DNA from: Candidatus Thorarchaeota archaeon
Lineage (GTDB): Archaea; Asgardarchaeota; Thorarchaeia; Thorarchaeales; Thorarchaeaceae
DNA length: 64,000 bases
Assembly: GCA_029855935.1 (NCBI GenBank)
Contig: JAGSHN010000027.1
Location: forward strand, 121,348 to 185,347
Reading direction: 5' to 3'
The translations under genes and the position numbers were made by a program. Position 1 is the first letter of the stretch. Each line of letters starts with the position of its first letter. Positions 19,640 to 31,065 of the stretch are shown here, in pieces. A model generated the notes under the pieces. That model was not told where the DNA came from and ran no database searches. It was given only the letters and a program-made list of their open reading frames with translations.

Positions 19640-22417
19640 TCACGCCGCCTGTGAGCGTTGATGTCTGTCATATGCAATGGCAACGGCTATGCCTATGACT
19701 GCTCCGACACCGGCCGCCCCCGCTGTGATCAGAACGGTTGTCAATCCAGGCTCCTCACCTGTGACATTGCTGATCATTGTAGAGGTCGTGCCACCAGACG
19801 ATGGTTCCACGATGAATGAGTAGTACTGGCCGCCGTTGTTGTCCAATGCCTCGTTGGAAACGGGCGAGGAGTCCGTAGCAGAGACATAGTACTCCACGCT
19901 CGCACCTGCCACAAAGGGTCCGAGTGTGACAATATAGGTTTCACCGTTCTGAGAATACATCATTGCGACAGACCACGTGCCCCGATTCACACGGTAGTGG
20001 AGCGCCACAGAGGCAACTCCTGAGTTGTCCGTCACGTTGGCGTAGAATGTCACAGTCTCGTTGTCAAGCACTGCCGCCGGGCTGTGACGGACACCCAAGA
20101 TTGTCGGGGCCACCGCGTCGGAGGGGATGACCGTGAAGGCATAGTAGACACCGTCGTTGTTGTCAAGTATGCTGTTGACGCCAGTCAGGTCGACCGCACG
20201 CAGGTAATACTCCACGGTCACACCAGCAGCAAATGGTCCGATTCTGCACGTGTACAGCTGACCCGAACCTGTCGAGTCCATCTCAACAGCCGTCCACGCA
20301 CCCCCGTCGATCCGGTAGAGCAGCTCCACCGTGGCCACACCAGTGTCGTCCGTGACCATCGTGGACACCGTGACGACATCGCAATCATCCGGAATCTCGG
20401 GCGAGTGGTCTGTCCTCCAGACCGCTGGAGAGCGCGAATCGGGCAGGAGATTGAGTATCTCCAGACCGTCTTTCTGATCCGCGACGTACGCATAGTCGCC
20501 CACTACAGCCACCGCGTAGGCTGCGCCACCATCGAAGAACTGGCCCACCTTCTCTGGGTTGGTGGGATCGCTGATGTCCACAATCTCAAGTCCGTTCCAA
20601 TAGTCTGCCACATAGGCATAGTCTCCGACGACGGAGATGCCCATTGCAATCTCACCGTCATAGAACTGGCCAACCTTGACCGGGCTTGTTGGACTGCTGA
20701 TATTCAGTATCTCCAACCCGTCTACTCCATCGGCGACGTAGGCCAAGTCACCAATGACGCAGACGTCCCTCGCAGCCCCGCCGTCGTAGAACTGGCCGAC
20801 CTCTACGGGGTGAGTCGGATCGCTTACGTTGAGAATCTCCAGACCGTCGTCATCGTCAGCAACATACGCGTAGTCACCCGACACGTAGACACTCCATGTC
20901 CATCCGGTGCTGTCCCAGAACTGACCGACTTTCGTCGGGCTTGTCGGGTCGGTCACATTCACGATGGCCACTCCAGACCACGTCTCCGCAACGAAGGCAT
21001 AGTCACCGTCTACACAGACATCACACGCCCACCTACCGTCGTGAAACCTGCCAGCCATTACCGGACTTGTAGGATTGGTGACATCCACAATGACGAGTCC
21101 GTGATAGTCTTCCGCGACAAAGGCGAGGTCGTTGGTCACAAAAACACCCTGCGCGAATCCCTCACCATCGTTGTAGGCTCCAGCCAAGAAGGGGGTCGCG
21201 GGATCAGTGATATCGACTATCTGAAGGCCGTCATCCCAACCTGCCACGTAGGCGTAGTTCCCGACCACATCTATGCTCATCACCTCTGCGGCGTCATCGT
21301 AGTGCCCTACCGTCACAGGTGACGCAGGGTTGCTGACGTCAACAATCTCCAGACCATCAACGTGGGACAACTGACTATCACCCACAAAGAAGGCGTAGTC
21401 TCCGGCTGCACACACACCCCACACATAGCCGTATTCATAGAGCTGACTGACTATGGTGGGCCTCGTCGGGTCACTTACGTCAACAACCTTGGGGCCGCCA
21501 CCATAGTCGGCGATGTAAGCGTAGTCTCCTGATACGTGTACACCAAAAACGTCCCCGTTCTCGTCGAATACTCCGACCAGAGCCGGAGCCGTCGGATTGC
21601 TGATATCAAGTACCTTCACGCCGCCACCGTAGTATGCCACATAAGCATATTCGCCCAGGACATACACATCCCAGGCCCAGCCGCTGTCGTCATGCCATTG
21701 TCCCAGCTCCACAGGGTTGCTTGGGTCACTTATGTCAACAATCTCAAGGCCATCGTCGTAGTCAGCAACGTAGGCGATGCTCCCCGATACAAACACAGCC
21801 AAGGCCTCACCACTACCGTCATAGAATCGGCCATCCTTCACAGGGTTTGCAGGGTCACTGACATTGAAGATCTCAAGACCATTGGCCCCATCAGCAACAT
21901 AGGCGTACTCACCTGATACGTAGACACTCCAGGCCTCTCCTCCGTCATAGTAGTGGCCAACAAGAGTGGGATTGGCTGGGTCGACAATGTCCACTATCAC
22001 AAGACCGTTTCTCTGGTCTGCAACATAGGCGTACTCACCCGATACATAGACGCCCCTCACCTCGCTTGCGGTATCGTACTCGCCTACGAGGCGTGGCATC
22101 GTAGGGGCCGAGACGTTAATGATCTTCAGACCACCAAACGAGGCGGCCACGTAGGCAGACTCGCCCACGACCATCACGTCATAGTAGATGCCATCAAGCA
22201 CATCAGATTCCTTCTTGAGAGCCACCTTTTCCTCTCCGGCAACTGTGTACGGTGCGACCACTCGATGCGTCTTCATCGCGCCGGCAGACTCTGGCGTCAC
22301 TGTGACGCTTGCCCCCGAGAGCAGTGCGGCGCCTGCAACAGCAACCACGATGAGAAGAGTCATCAGCAGATTCAGAGACCTACTCATTCTGCCAGCCTCC
22401 ATCCGAGATCCCCACAC
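19640..22417 (-). CDS. Cell-surface LVIVD-repeat beta-propeller protein with two Ig-like domains and C-terminal TM anchor
   Basis: 14 repeats of ~43 aa (GDYAYVAD...GLEIVDISDPTNP), signal peptide, two VTDxxGV...VEYY domains, TM tail. Start may be a few codons downstream. Confidence 0.9.
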   Translation of the reverse strand: MWGSRMEAGRMSRSLNLLMTLLIVVAVAGAALLSGASVTVTPESAGAMKTHRVVAPYTVAGEEKVALKKESDVLDGIYYDVMVVGESAYVAASFGGLKIINVSAPTMPRLVGEYDTASEVRGVYVSGEYAYVADQRNGLVIVDIVDPANPTLVGHYYDGGEAWSVYVSGEYAYVADGANGLEIFNVSDPANPVKDGRFYDGSGEALAVFVSGSIAYVADYDDGLEIVDISDPSNPVELGQWHDDSGWAWDVYVLGEYAYVAYYGGGVKVLDISNPTAPALVGVFDENGDVFGVHVSGDYAYIADYGGGPKVVDVSDPTRPTIVSQLYEYGYVWGVCAAGDYAFFVGDSQLSHVDGLEIVDVSNPASPVTVGHYDDAAEVMSIDVVGNYAYVAGWDDGLQIVDITDPATPFLAGAYNDGEGFAQGVFVTNDLAFVAEDYHGLVIVDVTNPTSPVMAGRFHDGRWACDVCVDGDYAFVAETWSGVAIVNVTDPTSPTKVGQFWDSTGWTWSVYVSGDYAYVADDDDGLEILNVSDPTHPVEVGQFYDGGAARDVCVIGDLAYVADGVDGLEILNISSPTSPVKVGQFYDGEIAMGISVVGDYAYVADYWNGLEIVDISDPTNPEKVGQFFDGGAAYAVAVVGDYAYVADQKDGLEILNLLPDSRSPAVWRTDHSPEIPDDCDVVTVSTMVTDDTGVATVELLYRIDGGAWTAVEMDSTGSGQLYTCRIGPFAAGVTVEYYLRAVDLTGVNSILDNNDGVYYAFTVIPSDAVAPTILGVRHSPAAVLDNETVTFYANVTDNSGVASVALHYRVNRGTWSVAMMYSQNGETYIVTLGPFVAGASVEYYVSATDSSPVSNEALDNNGGQYYSFIVEPSSGGTTSTMISNVTGEEPGLTTVLITAGAAGVGAVIGIAVAIAYDRHQRSQAA

Positions 22418-22705
22418 TCTTGAGTCCGCAGAGAGACTCCCATCTATCTCTGCAGTACCGCCTACCCCACCTCAGGACACTCCTCGCATAGTGACGACCA
22501 TTGGCGGGACAGCCGCATCACATCTCAGGCGTCCCGTGTTGTACATACTACGATCACTCTGCAGGAGGCCCGATGCGAACATAGGACAATAATGGCAGGA
22601 GCACATCTCGGCTATTTGTCAAACGGTTTCAGTAAGACAAGTGCGTTGGCCATTCCTACTTCGACAGATGCGTCCTCGGGTGACCCCGCACACGAGTCAT
22701 ACGGG

Positions 22706-23782
22706 CTAGTACGCAACTACAAACGGAAATGAGGAGTCCACGAGCACGTCCCCGTCTTCAAAGTTCGTGGGTGAGGACCTGTCCTCCAGAAGCTGGTCGC
22801 CAAATCGTTCGCAGAATCCCTCAGCGAATATCGTCAATGCCCGCTGCAACATCGGGCTCGACCGTGTCGCTACAAGAACAAAGGCTGCGTCCCACCTGGC
22901 CCGGTGGTCTACCATCAGCACTCCCTGCTCGAATACTATGTGCTTGATCGCACCGCGACTGACTGACTCATTGAGCAGCTGGTTGATACCAACAAGAGCA
23001 CCCGTGAAGAGGGTCTCATCGACCAAGCCCTCAGAATCCCAAGTATAGGTGTACATCGGCAAACCACTCTCCATATCGACGGCAGTGAGACGAAACACCT
23101 TGTACGGTAGTACATAGGCGAGCTTGGGCTGTCTCGCAAAGGCATATGTTGTCAGGAACGAGCCTATCCCAATTAGCATGTAGTCAGTCCCTGGTACTAT
23201 CCATACGAAGCCCGTCGCGAAGGCAAGTATCGAACCAGGTCCTGCAAGAATAGCACCAGCCAGGCTGATACTGGAATAGGACTTCAGCACGGGCGGGGAA
23301 CGTAGATGGATCATAGCCATATAGTATAGCCAGAAGGCCCCGGCAATCAGGAAGACAACGGAACCTGCAACCGCGAAACCGCCTGTCATAGCAAGGCCCG
23401 TCTCGCCAAGCGCTGACACGCTGGTCGTGACGACATCAGGCCCCAGAGACAGAATGGCAAGAGCGGTGGCTGCCGCAGTGACGACTATCAGCTTCCTCGC
23501 GTCCACACTGTCCCTAGAGACAGAATCGACGAGGAGCATTATCCCAAAGAGCAACAGCGCCGACGTAGCAATCCCAACCCTGTACAGCTGAGTGTCGAGC
23601 GTGAGATACGAGATCCCAATCAGCACGTTGCCAATCCACAAGAAGAACCATGTCACGAACATGAAGAGATACTCGCGGTATCCGCGCTCAACATATCCTC
23701 TCAGACTTGTGAGAACGGCCAGTGCCTCTGGCACAGTGGCGATGAGCAGCATGGCAGCTCCTAACGTGATGTTCAGGGCCAT
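22706..23782 (-). CDS. Multi-pass (about 7 TM) membrane protein with cytoplasmic longin/roadblock-like C-terminal domain
   Basis: Hydrophobic N-terminal ~215 aa. C-terminus SGLPMYTYTW..LFTGALVGINQLLNES..IKHIVFEQGVLMV..FVLVA fits a longin-like alpha/beta pattern. Confidence 0.65.
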   Translation of the reverse strand: MALNITLGAAMLLIATVPEALAVLTSLRGYVERGYREYLFMFVTWFFLWIGNVLIGISYLTLDTQLYRVGIATSALLLFGIMLLVDSVSRDSVDARKLIVVTAAATALAILSLGPDVVTTSVSALGETGLAMTGGFAVAGSVVFLIAGAFWLYYMAMIHLRSPPVLKSYSSISLAGAILAGPGSILAFATGFVWIVPGTDYMLIGIGSFLTTYAFARQPKLAYVLPYKVFRLTAVDMESGLPMYTYTWDSEGLVDETLFTGALVGINQLLNESVSRGAIKHIVFEQGVLMVDHRARWDAAFVLVATRSSPMLQRALTIFAEGFCERFGDQLLEDRSSPTNFEDGDVLVDSSFPFVVAY

Positions 23783-23850
23783 AGAAGAGGCGGGTCCGCG
23801 CTACATTATAGTCGTTTCTCGTACAGCTGGGGTGAGGGGAACGCGTGTGA

Positions 23851-24957
<1,107 letters not shown>

Positions 24958-25001
24958 TTGGCGAGTGGCGTTCAGCCTGTCCATCGTAACGTCTCAGAGG
25001 A

Positions 25002-25997
25002 GTGCCGATGGAGCCCATAAGCCGCATCGACGTAACAGAAGGGCGTCTGTACTTTCGAGGTATTGATGCCACCGAGCTTGCGGCTAAGAGAAAGTTTGAG
25101 GATGTCTTCCATCTCCTTGTGACAGGGCGCCTCCCCTCACCCAGAGAGGCCAGAGCAATGGTCAGGGAGATGATTGATGCATGAGATCTGCTACAGTCAC
25201 AGTGGTCGCACAGTAGTCTGTCGGCCCTTGCCGAAGCACTGGACGATCTCGCGGAAGCTGTGGGACTCCGAGAGGCACTCAACTCTTTTGTTGCGTGCGT
25301 CCCCATTATCGTTGCAAATGAGTGGAGAGAATCAAGAAGAGAGGCGCCCATCGAGCCATACCGTGACAAGCGACAGGTTCCCAATCTTGCGGCTATGCTT
25401 GGGCTCAATCCAGACGGAGAAGATGCGAGTGTTCTTGAGATGCTCCTCATCCTTGAGATGGATGATCCCGACAATCCCCCTCTGACAGCACTCACTGATA
25501 CGTTCGAGGCCACTGGATCGGTGTCCCGCGCCCTGCAGGCCGCGCTGAGCGTCCATGGCGATCCGCTGCATCACGGAGCTGGCCACCATGCAGTGAGGAT
25601 GATATACGATGTAAGAGAAGTCGAAGATTTCAGAGCCGCACTGGACCGACGCCTCGATTCAGGTGAGAGAATCTACGGTATTGGTCACCGGATATCCAGG
25701 ACGATCGATCCGAGAGCCGTCGTATTGCGGCAAGTTCTCAGGCAACGGGTCAAGGGAACCGAACTCGAGTGGTTGGTGGACACAATAGAGGAGATTGCAC
25801 TCATCGGTGCGGACCTTCTGAGACAGAGAAAGGGAGTCACAGTGTTTCCCAATTTAGACCTCTACAACGCTGCTGTCGTCTCAACACTCGGCCTGCCGCC
25901 GGAGATGAATACACAGCTGTTTGCGGTGGCCCGGTCGGCTGGCTGGACCGCACACCTCATCGAGATGCACCAGCGAGGGGTACCCCCTCATCTCTAG
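25002..25997 (+). pseudogene. Citrate synthase-family gene interrupted by in-frame TGA at 25182-25184
   Basis: ORFs 25002..25184 and 25260..25997 are in the same frame. GRLYFRG..LLVTGRLP N-terminus; LHHGA, GIGHR, PNLD, RSAGWTAH. Confidence 0.75.
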
Positions 25998-27235
25998 GTC
26001 GAGATCTGTTCTGAGACTCCTTCATCAATCATGTGCGCAGGGGCTAAATCCACCGCCCCCTTCTGGGCGCGGATACGCTTGACAGTGCCAATCAGCGACA
26101 GCGAGAGCAGCAGTGCTAGGAGATTGAATCCCATAGTCAACCACACTACCGGGTGGGCGCTGAGAAATACGTTGTCTGCAAACCAGCCTCCGACGATTGG
26201 TCCGATAGCATTGCCCCCGTTCTGTGCCCCATTGACAAGCCCCATCGCACGACCGCGCTCCTCCTCTTGGGAAACGAGTGCGGCAAATGCGGATGCGGCC
26301 GTCGCAACGAGGGGATAGAGTGGGAGTGAGTACAGAATCACAGCCGTCAATGGATCCGTGACAAGAGCAAATGCCACAGAGAACAGGACATATGACAGAA
26401 AACCAGTGACCAAGACTCTGGCGGGGCCCTGTCTGTCGGTGATCCGCCCCACGTAGCCAGTGATCAGAGCCGCCAGTGCGGTGGCCCCAGCGTTGGCGAA
26501 GCCCACAAACGAGGTGGGGCCTCCGAGCTCGTCGGAGATTATTATGGCCATTATTGAAGTGATGCTGCTCACGCCGAGCGTGCTCAGAGTCACAGCAAGA
26601 ACCAGTACGGTCATTCCTGGCCTTCTCAGTATGTCGAACAAATGCGCGGGGCGACTCCGCAACGACGGCGCGGGAGGTATGTCATCGACAAGGATGACGC
26701 CAGCCACAAGTGCTCCGAAGCATAGCATTGCCGAGATACGAAACAGGACGAACATCCCAATCACGTCGTAGAGAAGACCACTCGACAGTGCACCCGCAAA
26801 CCATCCGGCAGACCGAGCGGCCAGCAGGAGGCCGAGTCTCTCACCCCGCGCCTCAGTGCCAGACGTTATCAGCGCCTGGCCCGTGGGAAGAGCAGCCGAC
26901 GCAAAGATAGTGCCGACAAGCGACACGACAAAGAACTCGGCACTGGTCCTCACAAGAGAAGAGAAGAGATACATGCTCCCCCAGCCCACAAACCCCAGAA
27001 GCAGGAAGGGCTTGCGTGTCCTGAAGTGATCGGAGACCGCACCCCAGAAACCCATTGCTATCATCATTACAAGAGGTGGAGTGGCGAAGATTGCCGTCAT
27101 CACGAGGAATGATGTCACTCCAAGATCGTGCTTCAGGAAGTATGTGGTATATTGCCAGCCGATGGCTATCCCCGCAGACTGCAGCCCAAAGGCGAGATAG
27201 ATGCCAATGGTTGTGCCTATCTGTCCCTGTGTCAT
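25994..27235 (-). CDS. MFS transporter (12 TM)
   Basis: WGAVSDHFRTRK and GRITDRQG motif-A-like loops. Confidence 0.88.
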   Translation of the reverse strand: MTQGQIGTTIGIYLAFGLQSAGIAIGWQYTTYFLKHDLGVTSFLVMTAIFATPPLVMMIAMGFWGAVSDHFRTRKPFLLLGFVGWGSMYLFSSLVRTSAEFFVVSLVGTIFASAALPTGQALITSGTEARGERLGLLLAARSAGWFAGALSSGLLYDVIGMFVLFRISAMLCFGALVAGVILVDDIPPAPSLRSRPAHLFDILRRPGMTVLVLAVTLSTLGVSSITSIMAIIISDELGGPTSFVGFANAGATALAALITGYVGRITDRQGPARVLVTGFLSYVLFSVAFALVTDPLTAVILYSLPLYPLVATAASAFAALVSQEEERGRAMGLVNGAQNGGNAIGPIVGGWFADNVFLSAHPVVWLTMGFNLLALLLSLSLIGTVKRIRAQKGAVDLAPAHMIDEGVSEQIST

Positions 27236-27356
27236 CGGCGGCCCACAGCCGTAGACGCCATTACTCTCTATATTAACCGTACCGATGCCAGCGACGAGTC
27301 ATCGGAGAACGCGTGAGCCGATGATGTTATCAGGAACTTGGCTCAACGCAGTGGGG

Positions 27357-28475
27357 ATGACAGCAGACGAAGTTCTCCGTGTCGAGAGGCTCCGTGCGTA
27401 CTACACCTCCAAGCGCGGACTAGTGAGGGCTGTAGAGGATGTCTCGTTCTCGGTCAACAAAGGACAGTGCGTGGCGTTGTTCGGCGAGTCGGGAGCTGGC
27501 AAGACATCCGTCGCGCTCGCCATACTGGGTCTGTTCGATAGGGCCGCTCGGTACTACGCATCAGTATCCGGGGACGAGGAGAACAAGCAGCTCTGGAGAC
27601 TCCGCGATGAGGCAAAGGCCAAGGGCCTCACTTCGCGCGAGATGGGCTTGGAACTCCCCGGTGTAGAGGGACACATCTGGTTCGAGGGCAGAGATCTTCT
27701 TAGTCTCGACGAGACAGAATTGAGGAGGATTCGCGGCAACCGTATCACCTACGTCCCACAGGGAACGCGCAAGTCGATGAATCCATACTTGACGGTCGAG
27801 CAGCAGACCGCTGAGCCGATGAGGGTGCACGACGAGGACGGGACACTGACCAGGGACGAGGCAATGAGGAGGGTACTCGAGGCGCTACGGCTCGTCGAAC
27901 TGAACGAGGTGGACATAAGACGCCTGCAAAAGCCACCCGACCTGAGCGTCGGCGAGGACCAGAGGGTGCTGATAGCAATGGCCCTTGTGACCAGGCCCTC
28001 ACTGCTGATTGCCGATGAACCAGCAACAGCGGTGGACGTCGGCGTCAGGAGCAGAATCATCGAGGCGCTTGAGATCGCTCGGAGTGAGATGGGGCTTGCA
28101 ATGCTTCTGATCAGCAATGATCAGGGCATAGTTGCGGATCTTGCGGACCAAGTCGCTGTGATGTCCGCGGGCAGGATAATGGAATTCGGGACCGCAGAGA
28201 GGGTGCTCCTCTCGCCCGGACACCCATTCACCCGTGCGTTCCTGATGAGCAATCCATCAATGGAGATTCTGAGAAGGATAAGGGAGAAGGGTCTGAGGAT
28301 AAGGGGGATTCCTGGTTCCCCACCAGACCCAGTGTCGCCGCCGCAGGGATGTCCTTTTCATCCGCGCTGCCAGTTCGCCGACGACCTCTGCGGGAGGGAG
28401 GTACCGGAGTATAGACAGGTCGAAGAGGGACACTGGGTATTCTGCCACAAATACGAGGAGCTGCCCGAGTGGTAA
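27357..28475 (+). CDS. OppD/DppD-like ABC ATPase with degenerate motifs
   Basis: GESGAGKT, LSVGEDQR, ADEPAT, ISND in place of the H-loop, C-terminal GCPFHPRC Cys cluster. Start uncertain. Confidence 0.85.
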   Translation: MTADEVLRVERLRAYYTSKRGLVRAVEDVSFSVNKGQCVALFGESGAGKTSVALAILGLFDRAARYYASVSGDEENKQLWRLRDEAKAKGLTSREMGLELPGVEGHIWFEGRDLLSLDETELRRIRGNRITYVPQGTRKSMNPYLTVEQQTAEPMRVHDEDGTLTRDEAMRRVLEALRLVELNEVDIRRLQKPPDLSVGEDQRVLIAMALVTRPSLLIADEPATAVDVGVRSRIIEALEIARSEMGLAMLLISNDQGIVADLADQVAVMSAGRIMEFGTAERVLLSPGHPFTRAFLMSNPSMEILRRIREKGLRIRGIPGSPPDPVSPPQGCPFHPRCQFADDLCGREVPEYRQVEEGHWVFCHKYEELPEW

Positions 28476-28555
28476 GACAACTCTCCGCGTGCAAACCGTG
28501 CGCCCTAGGCACCACTTATATGCGCCACAGCAAGGGTCAGCCACGGTGACTGCTC

Positions 28556-29650
28556 GTGGCGAAGGGTGACCCTCTGCTGATTGTGAAAGACCTCCGAGCA
28601 TACTACACCTCTGTGAAGGGACTTGTGCGTGCCGTGGATGGGGTGTCGTTCGAGGTCAGAGAGGGCGAGTGCCTGGGGCTGCTTGGTGAGAGCGGATGCG
28701 GAAAGAGCTCTCTCGCACTCGCAATAATGGGGCTCTTCGAGAAGCTGGCAAGGTTTAGCGCAGGCACCTCCGGACGGCCCGAGCTGCTGAAGGAATTTGA
28801 GGGGGAGGGGGCTGACCGCCACGAGGAACGGCCGGGTGTTCAGGGCAAGGTCTTCTTCCGCGATATCGAGCTGACGACCTTGTCTGACGAGGAGTTTGCA
28901 AAGCTGCGTGGAAAGCATATCGCTCTGATTCCACAGGGACTCCAGCACGCCCTCAATCCCCAGTTCAGTATCGGGTACCAGACCGGCGAGCCTGTGGAGG
29001 TCCACGAAGAGAATATCAGACTGATAGAGTTGAAGAGAAAGGTCCTTGAGTATCTTCGGCTCGTGAGTCTTGCTGACGCCGGCACTCGCTTTGTACTTGA
29101 CCCGTCCAGCTTCAGCGGAGGAGAGGCTCAGAGGATATTGATTGCGATGTCACTGATAGCTGGGCCAGAGCTGGTCATTGCAGATGAACCGACCTCTGCT
29201 CTCGACGTGAACATTCAGCGCCAGATAATGAATGTCCTCTCAATGGTGCGGGATGAGTTCGATATCTCACTCTTGCTTATCAGCCACGACGCGGGGGTGG
29301 TCGCAGAGCTGTCGGACCGAGTGGCTGTCATGTACGCGGGTAAATTGATGGAGATTGGCGATGCCAAGCAGATGTTCCTTCAACCAGGACATCCATACAC
29401 GCGGGGACTGATGGCCTCCTTCCCGACCATAGCTATGATGAGAATGAGGGCCGGCAAGGGCCGTCCCAGACTGAGAGGGATTCGAGGCAGTCCACCCGAC
29501 CTGACCGACATTCCCAGCGGCTGTCCGTTCCACCCGCGATGCGACTACGCTATCGAGGTATGCAGGACGACTGTACCGGAGTTTAGAGAGGTGGAGCCGG
29601 ATCACTCCATAATGTGCCACAGGTACGAAGAGTTGAAAGAGGAGGGGTGA
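28556..29650 (+). CDS. OppD/DppD-like ABC ATPase
   Basis: GESGCGKS, FSGGEAQR, ADEPT, ISHD, HPYTRGL, GCPFHPRC. Confidence 0.9.
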   Translation: MAKGDPLLIVKDLRAYYTSVKGLVRAVDGVSFEVREGECLGLLGESGCGKSSLALAIMGLFEKLARFSAGTSGRPELLKEFEGEGADRHEERPGVQGKVFFRDIELTTLSDEEFAKLRGKHIALIPQGLQHALNPQFSIGYQTGEPVEVHEENIRLIELKRKVLEYLRLVSLADAGTRFVLDPSSFSGGEAQRILIAMSLIAGPELVIADEPTSALDVNIQRQIMNVLSMVRDEFDISLLLISHDAGVVAELSDRVAVMYAGKLMEIGDAKQMFLQPGHPYTRGLMASFPTIAMMRMRAGKGRPRLRGIRGSPPDLTDIPSGCPFHPRCDYAIEVCRTTVPEFREVEPDHSIMCHRYEELKEEG

Positions 29651-29670
29651 GCGTCGCGGGGACGCTCACC
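29646..29670 (+). terminator. Perfect 10-bp hairpin overlapping the ATPase stop codon
   Basis: GGTGAGCGTC-GCGGG-GACGCTCACC. No T-tract follows, so the function is uncertain. Confidence 0.4.
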
Positions 29671-29979
29671 AGGGGCGATGAATTCCCTGCTGTCATTGGC
29701 TGCGTCACGCGTGAGAATAGATTGATCAACAGGACACGGAGTTCTCCAAAACGCATCTTGCGACGGTCAAAGGTGTCATCATCTCGATGACACCAGACGG
29801 ATCAAGAGGTGGAGTCACGGGGGCAACGCCTTCTGGGCAATTACGGTTCGAACGCCCACCTGAATCCGCAATCACCCAACCCCACATACGAGGAACCACC
29901 TGACTCTCATTAGGCAGAATCGGTTCAAGTCCTCCCGGCAAGAACCTACTGGGGACGTGTTCCCCGCATATATATGAGT

Positions 29980-30933
29980 TCACGTTGACTCATTCGCACG
30001 TTCCCGTTCCGCGCGGAATGACCCCGGTAGGTGGCATAGCTCAAAGTCGAGCTGATAGATGTTGCCAGCAACTCTGAGCCCCATCTCTCTCAGAAGGAGA
30101 ACGTTCGCCCGATCCGCCGGAAGCTCAATGGCCACGCTCCTGCAGCCGCGCTCCCTCAGGACAGAGAGGACATAGGAGATCTCATCCAACGTCGGGCCAC
30201 GAGGCCAGATCTCGCGGTGTGGCGTGGCAAAGACGATTCGTCCTTGCCGCTGGTCGCGTCCTGAGAGATAGCCAACAATGAGCGCGTCCGGCTGGAGATG
30301 TGGTCTAACACCGACAACAGGAATCCAGCGCGCCCTCAAGGCATTGACGAGAGCGACCACAGAGAGAGATCCCTCGCGACTGGCACTGATGAAGGGAGGC
30401 AGGTCAACCGGAGGTACAACGTGGACCGCACGCTCGGAAACGTTGTGGCCGTCGTCATCCGGAATCGCCCCAGCAGAGACTATGTCAATTCGCCACAGAT
30501 CGAAAGTAAAAGAGGCAAGAACATCGGCAATGGCGGAGTCACCGGATGTCATCCATATGGTCACGTGTCGCAGGTGCTTCGAGCGCGCCCGTGCCAATGC
30601 CTCATAGACCAGCGGACCGACGTGCTCTATGCGCCCTGGGAGCGAGGCGATCTCGGATATGATACCAACCGACCCATTCGACAATGGCCGAAGAGCAGCC
30701 TCGGCCACCGGACGGCTGCGGTCATACGCCACGAGTAGACCCTCTCTATGGAGCACTCCCTTTGAGAATAGATTGCGAAGGTCGCGCGCTGTAAGACAGG
30801 CCTCTACGGAACGGGCCTGTGAGTTATGAACTGCCAGCCAGTCTCTCACGTCCGCCCGTGTCAGAGGCAGGACCCGATCAGATACTATCAACACGATGGC
30901 CAGCGGTAGCTCTTGCTTTTCAAGGTATCTCAT
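29980..30933 (-). CDS. Hypothetical protein, possible tandem GNAT-like fold
   Basis: Two halves with beta-helix patterns ending ..LASFTF and ..LREMGL; weak similarity. Confidence 0.5.
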   Translation of the reverse strand: MRYLEKQELPLAIVLIVSDRVLPLTRADVRDWLAVHNSQARSVEACLTARDLRNLFSKGVLHREGLLVAYDRSRPVAEAALRPLSNGSVGIISEIASLPGRIEHVGPLVYEALARARSKHLRHVTIWMTSGDSAIADVLASFTFDLWRIDIVSAGAIPDDDGHNVSERAVHVVPPVDLPPFISASREGSLSVVALVNALRARWIPVVGVRPHLQPDALIVGYLSGRDQRQGRIVFATPHREIWPRGPTLDEISYVLSVLRERGCRSVAIELPADRANVLLLREMGLRVAGNIYQLDFELCHLPGSFRAERERANEST

Positions 30934-31065
30934 CCCACTCTACTGGGAACAGCTGTAGCGACTTCTGGACAGCCAAGGAATCAGGATAGAGCCCGGAATT
31001 GAAAACAGCCCTCGCCACTGAACAGACCGCAAAGCCTATTCGCGAGATTAGTAGACGAGGCTGAC

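Noticed and set aside
20084-21322. Long alternative ORFs (e.g. 20084-21322 +, 33573-34499 +, 1198-1956 -)
   Set aside because: Antisense shadows of well-supported genes in GC-rich DNA, with no recognisable motifs.
25182-25184. Selenocysteine at the citrate synthase-like TGA
   Set aside because: The position is not a Cys/redox site, Arg is expected there, and no SECIS was recognised.
29915-29947. tRNA-like GGTTCAAGTCC T-loop
   Set aside because: The T-stem does not pair beyond 2 bp, and there are no D or anticodon arms.
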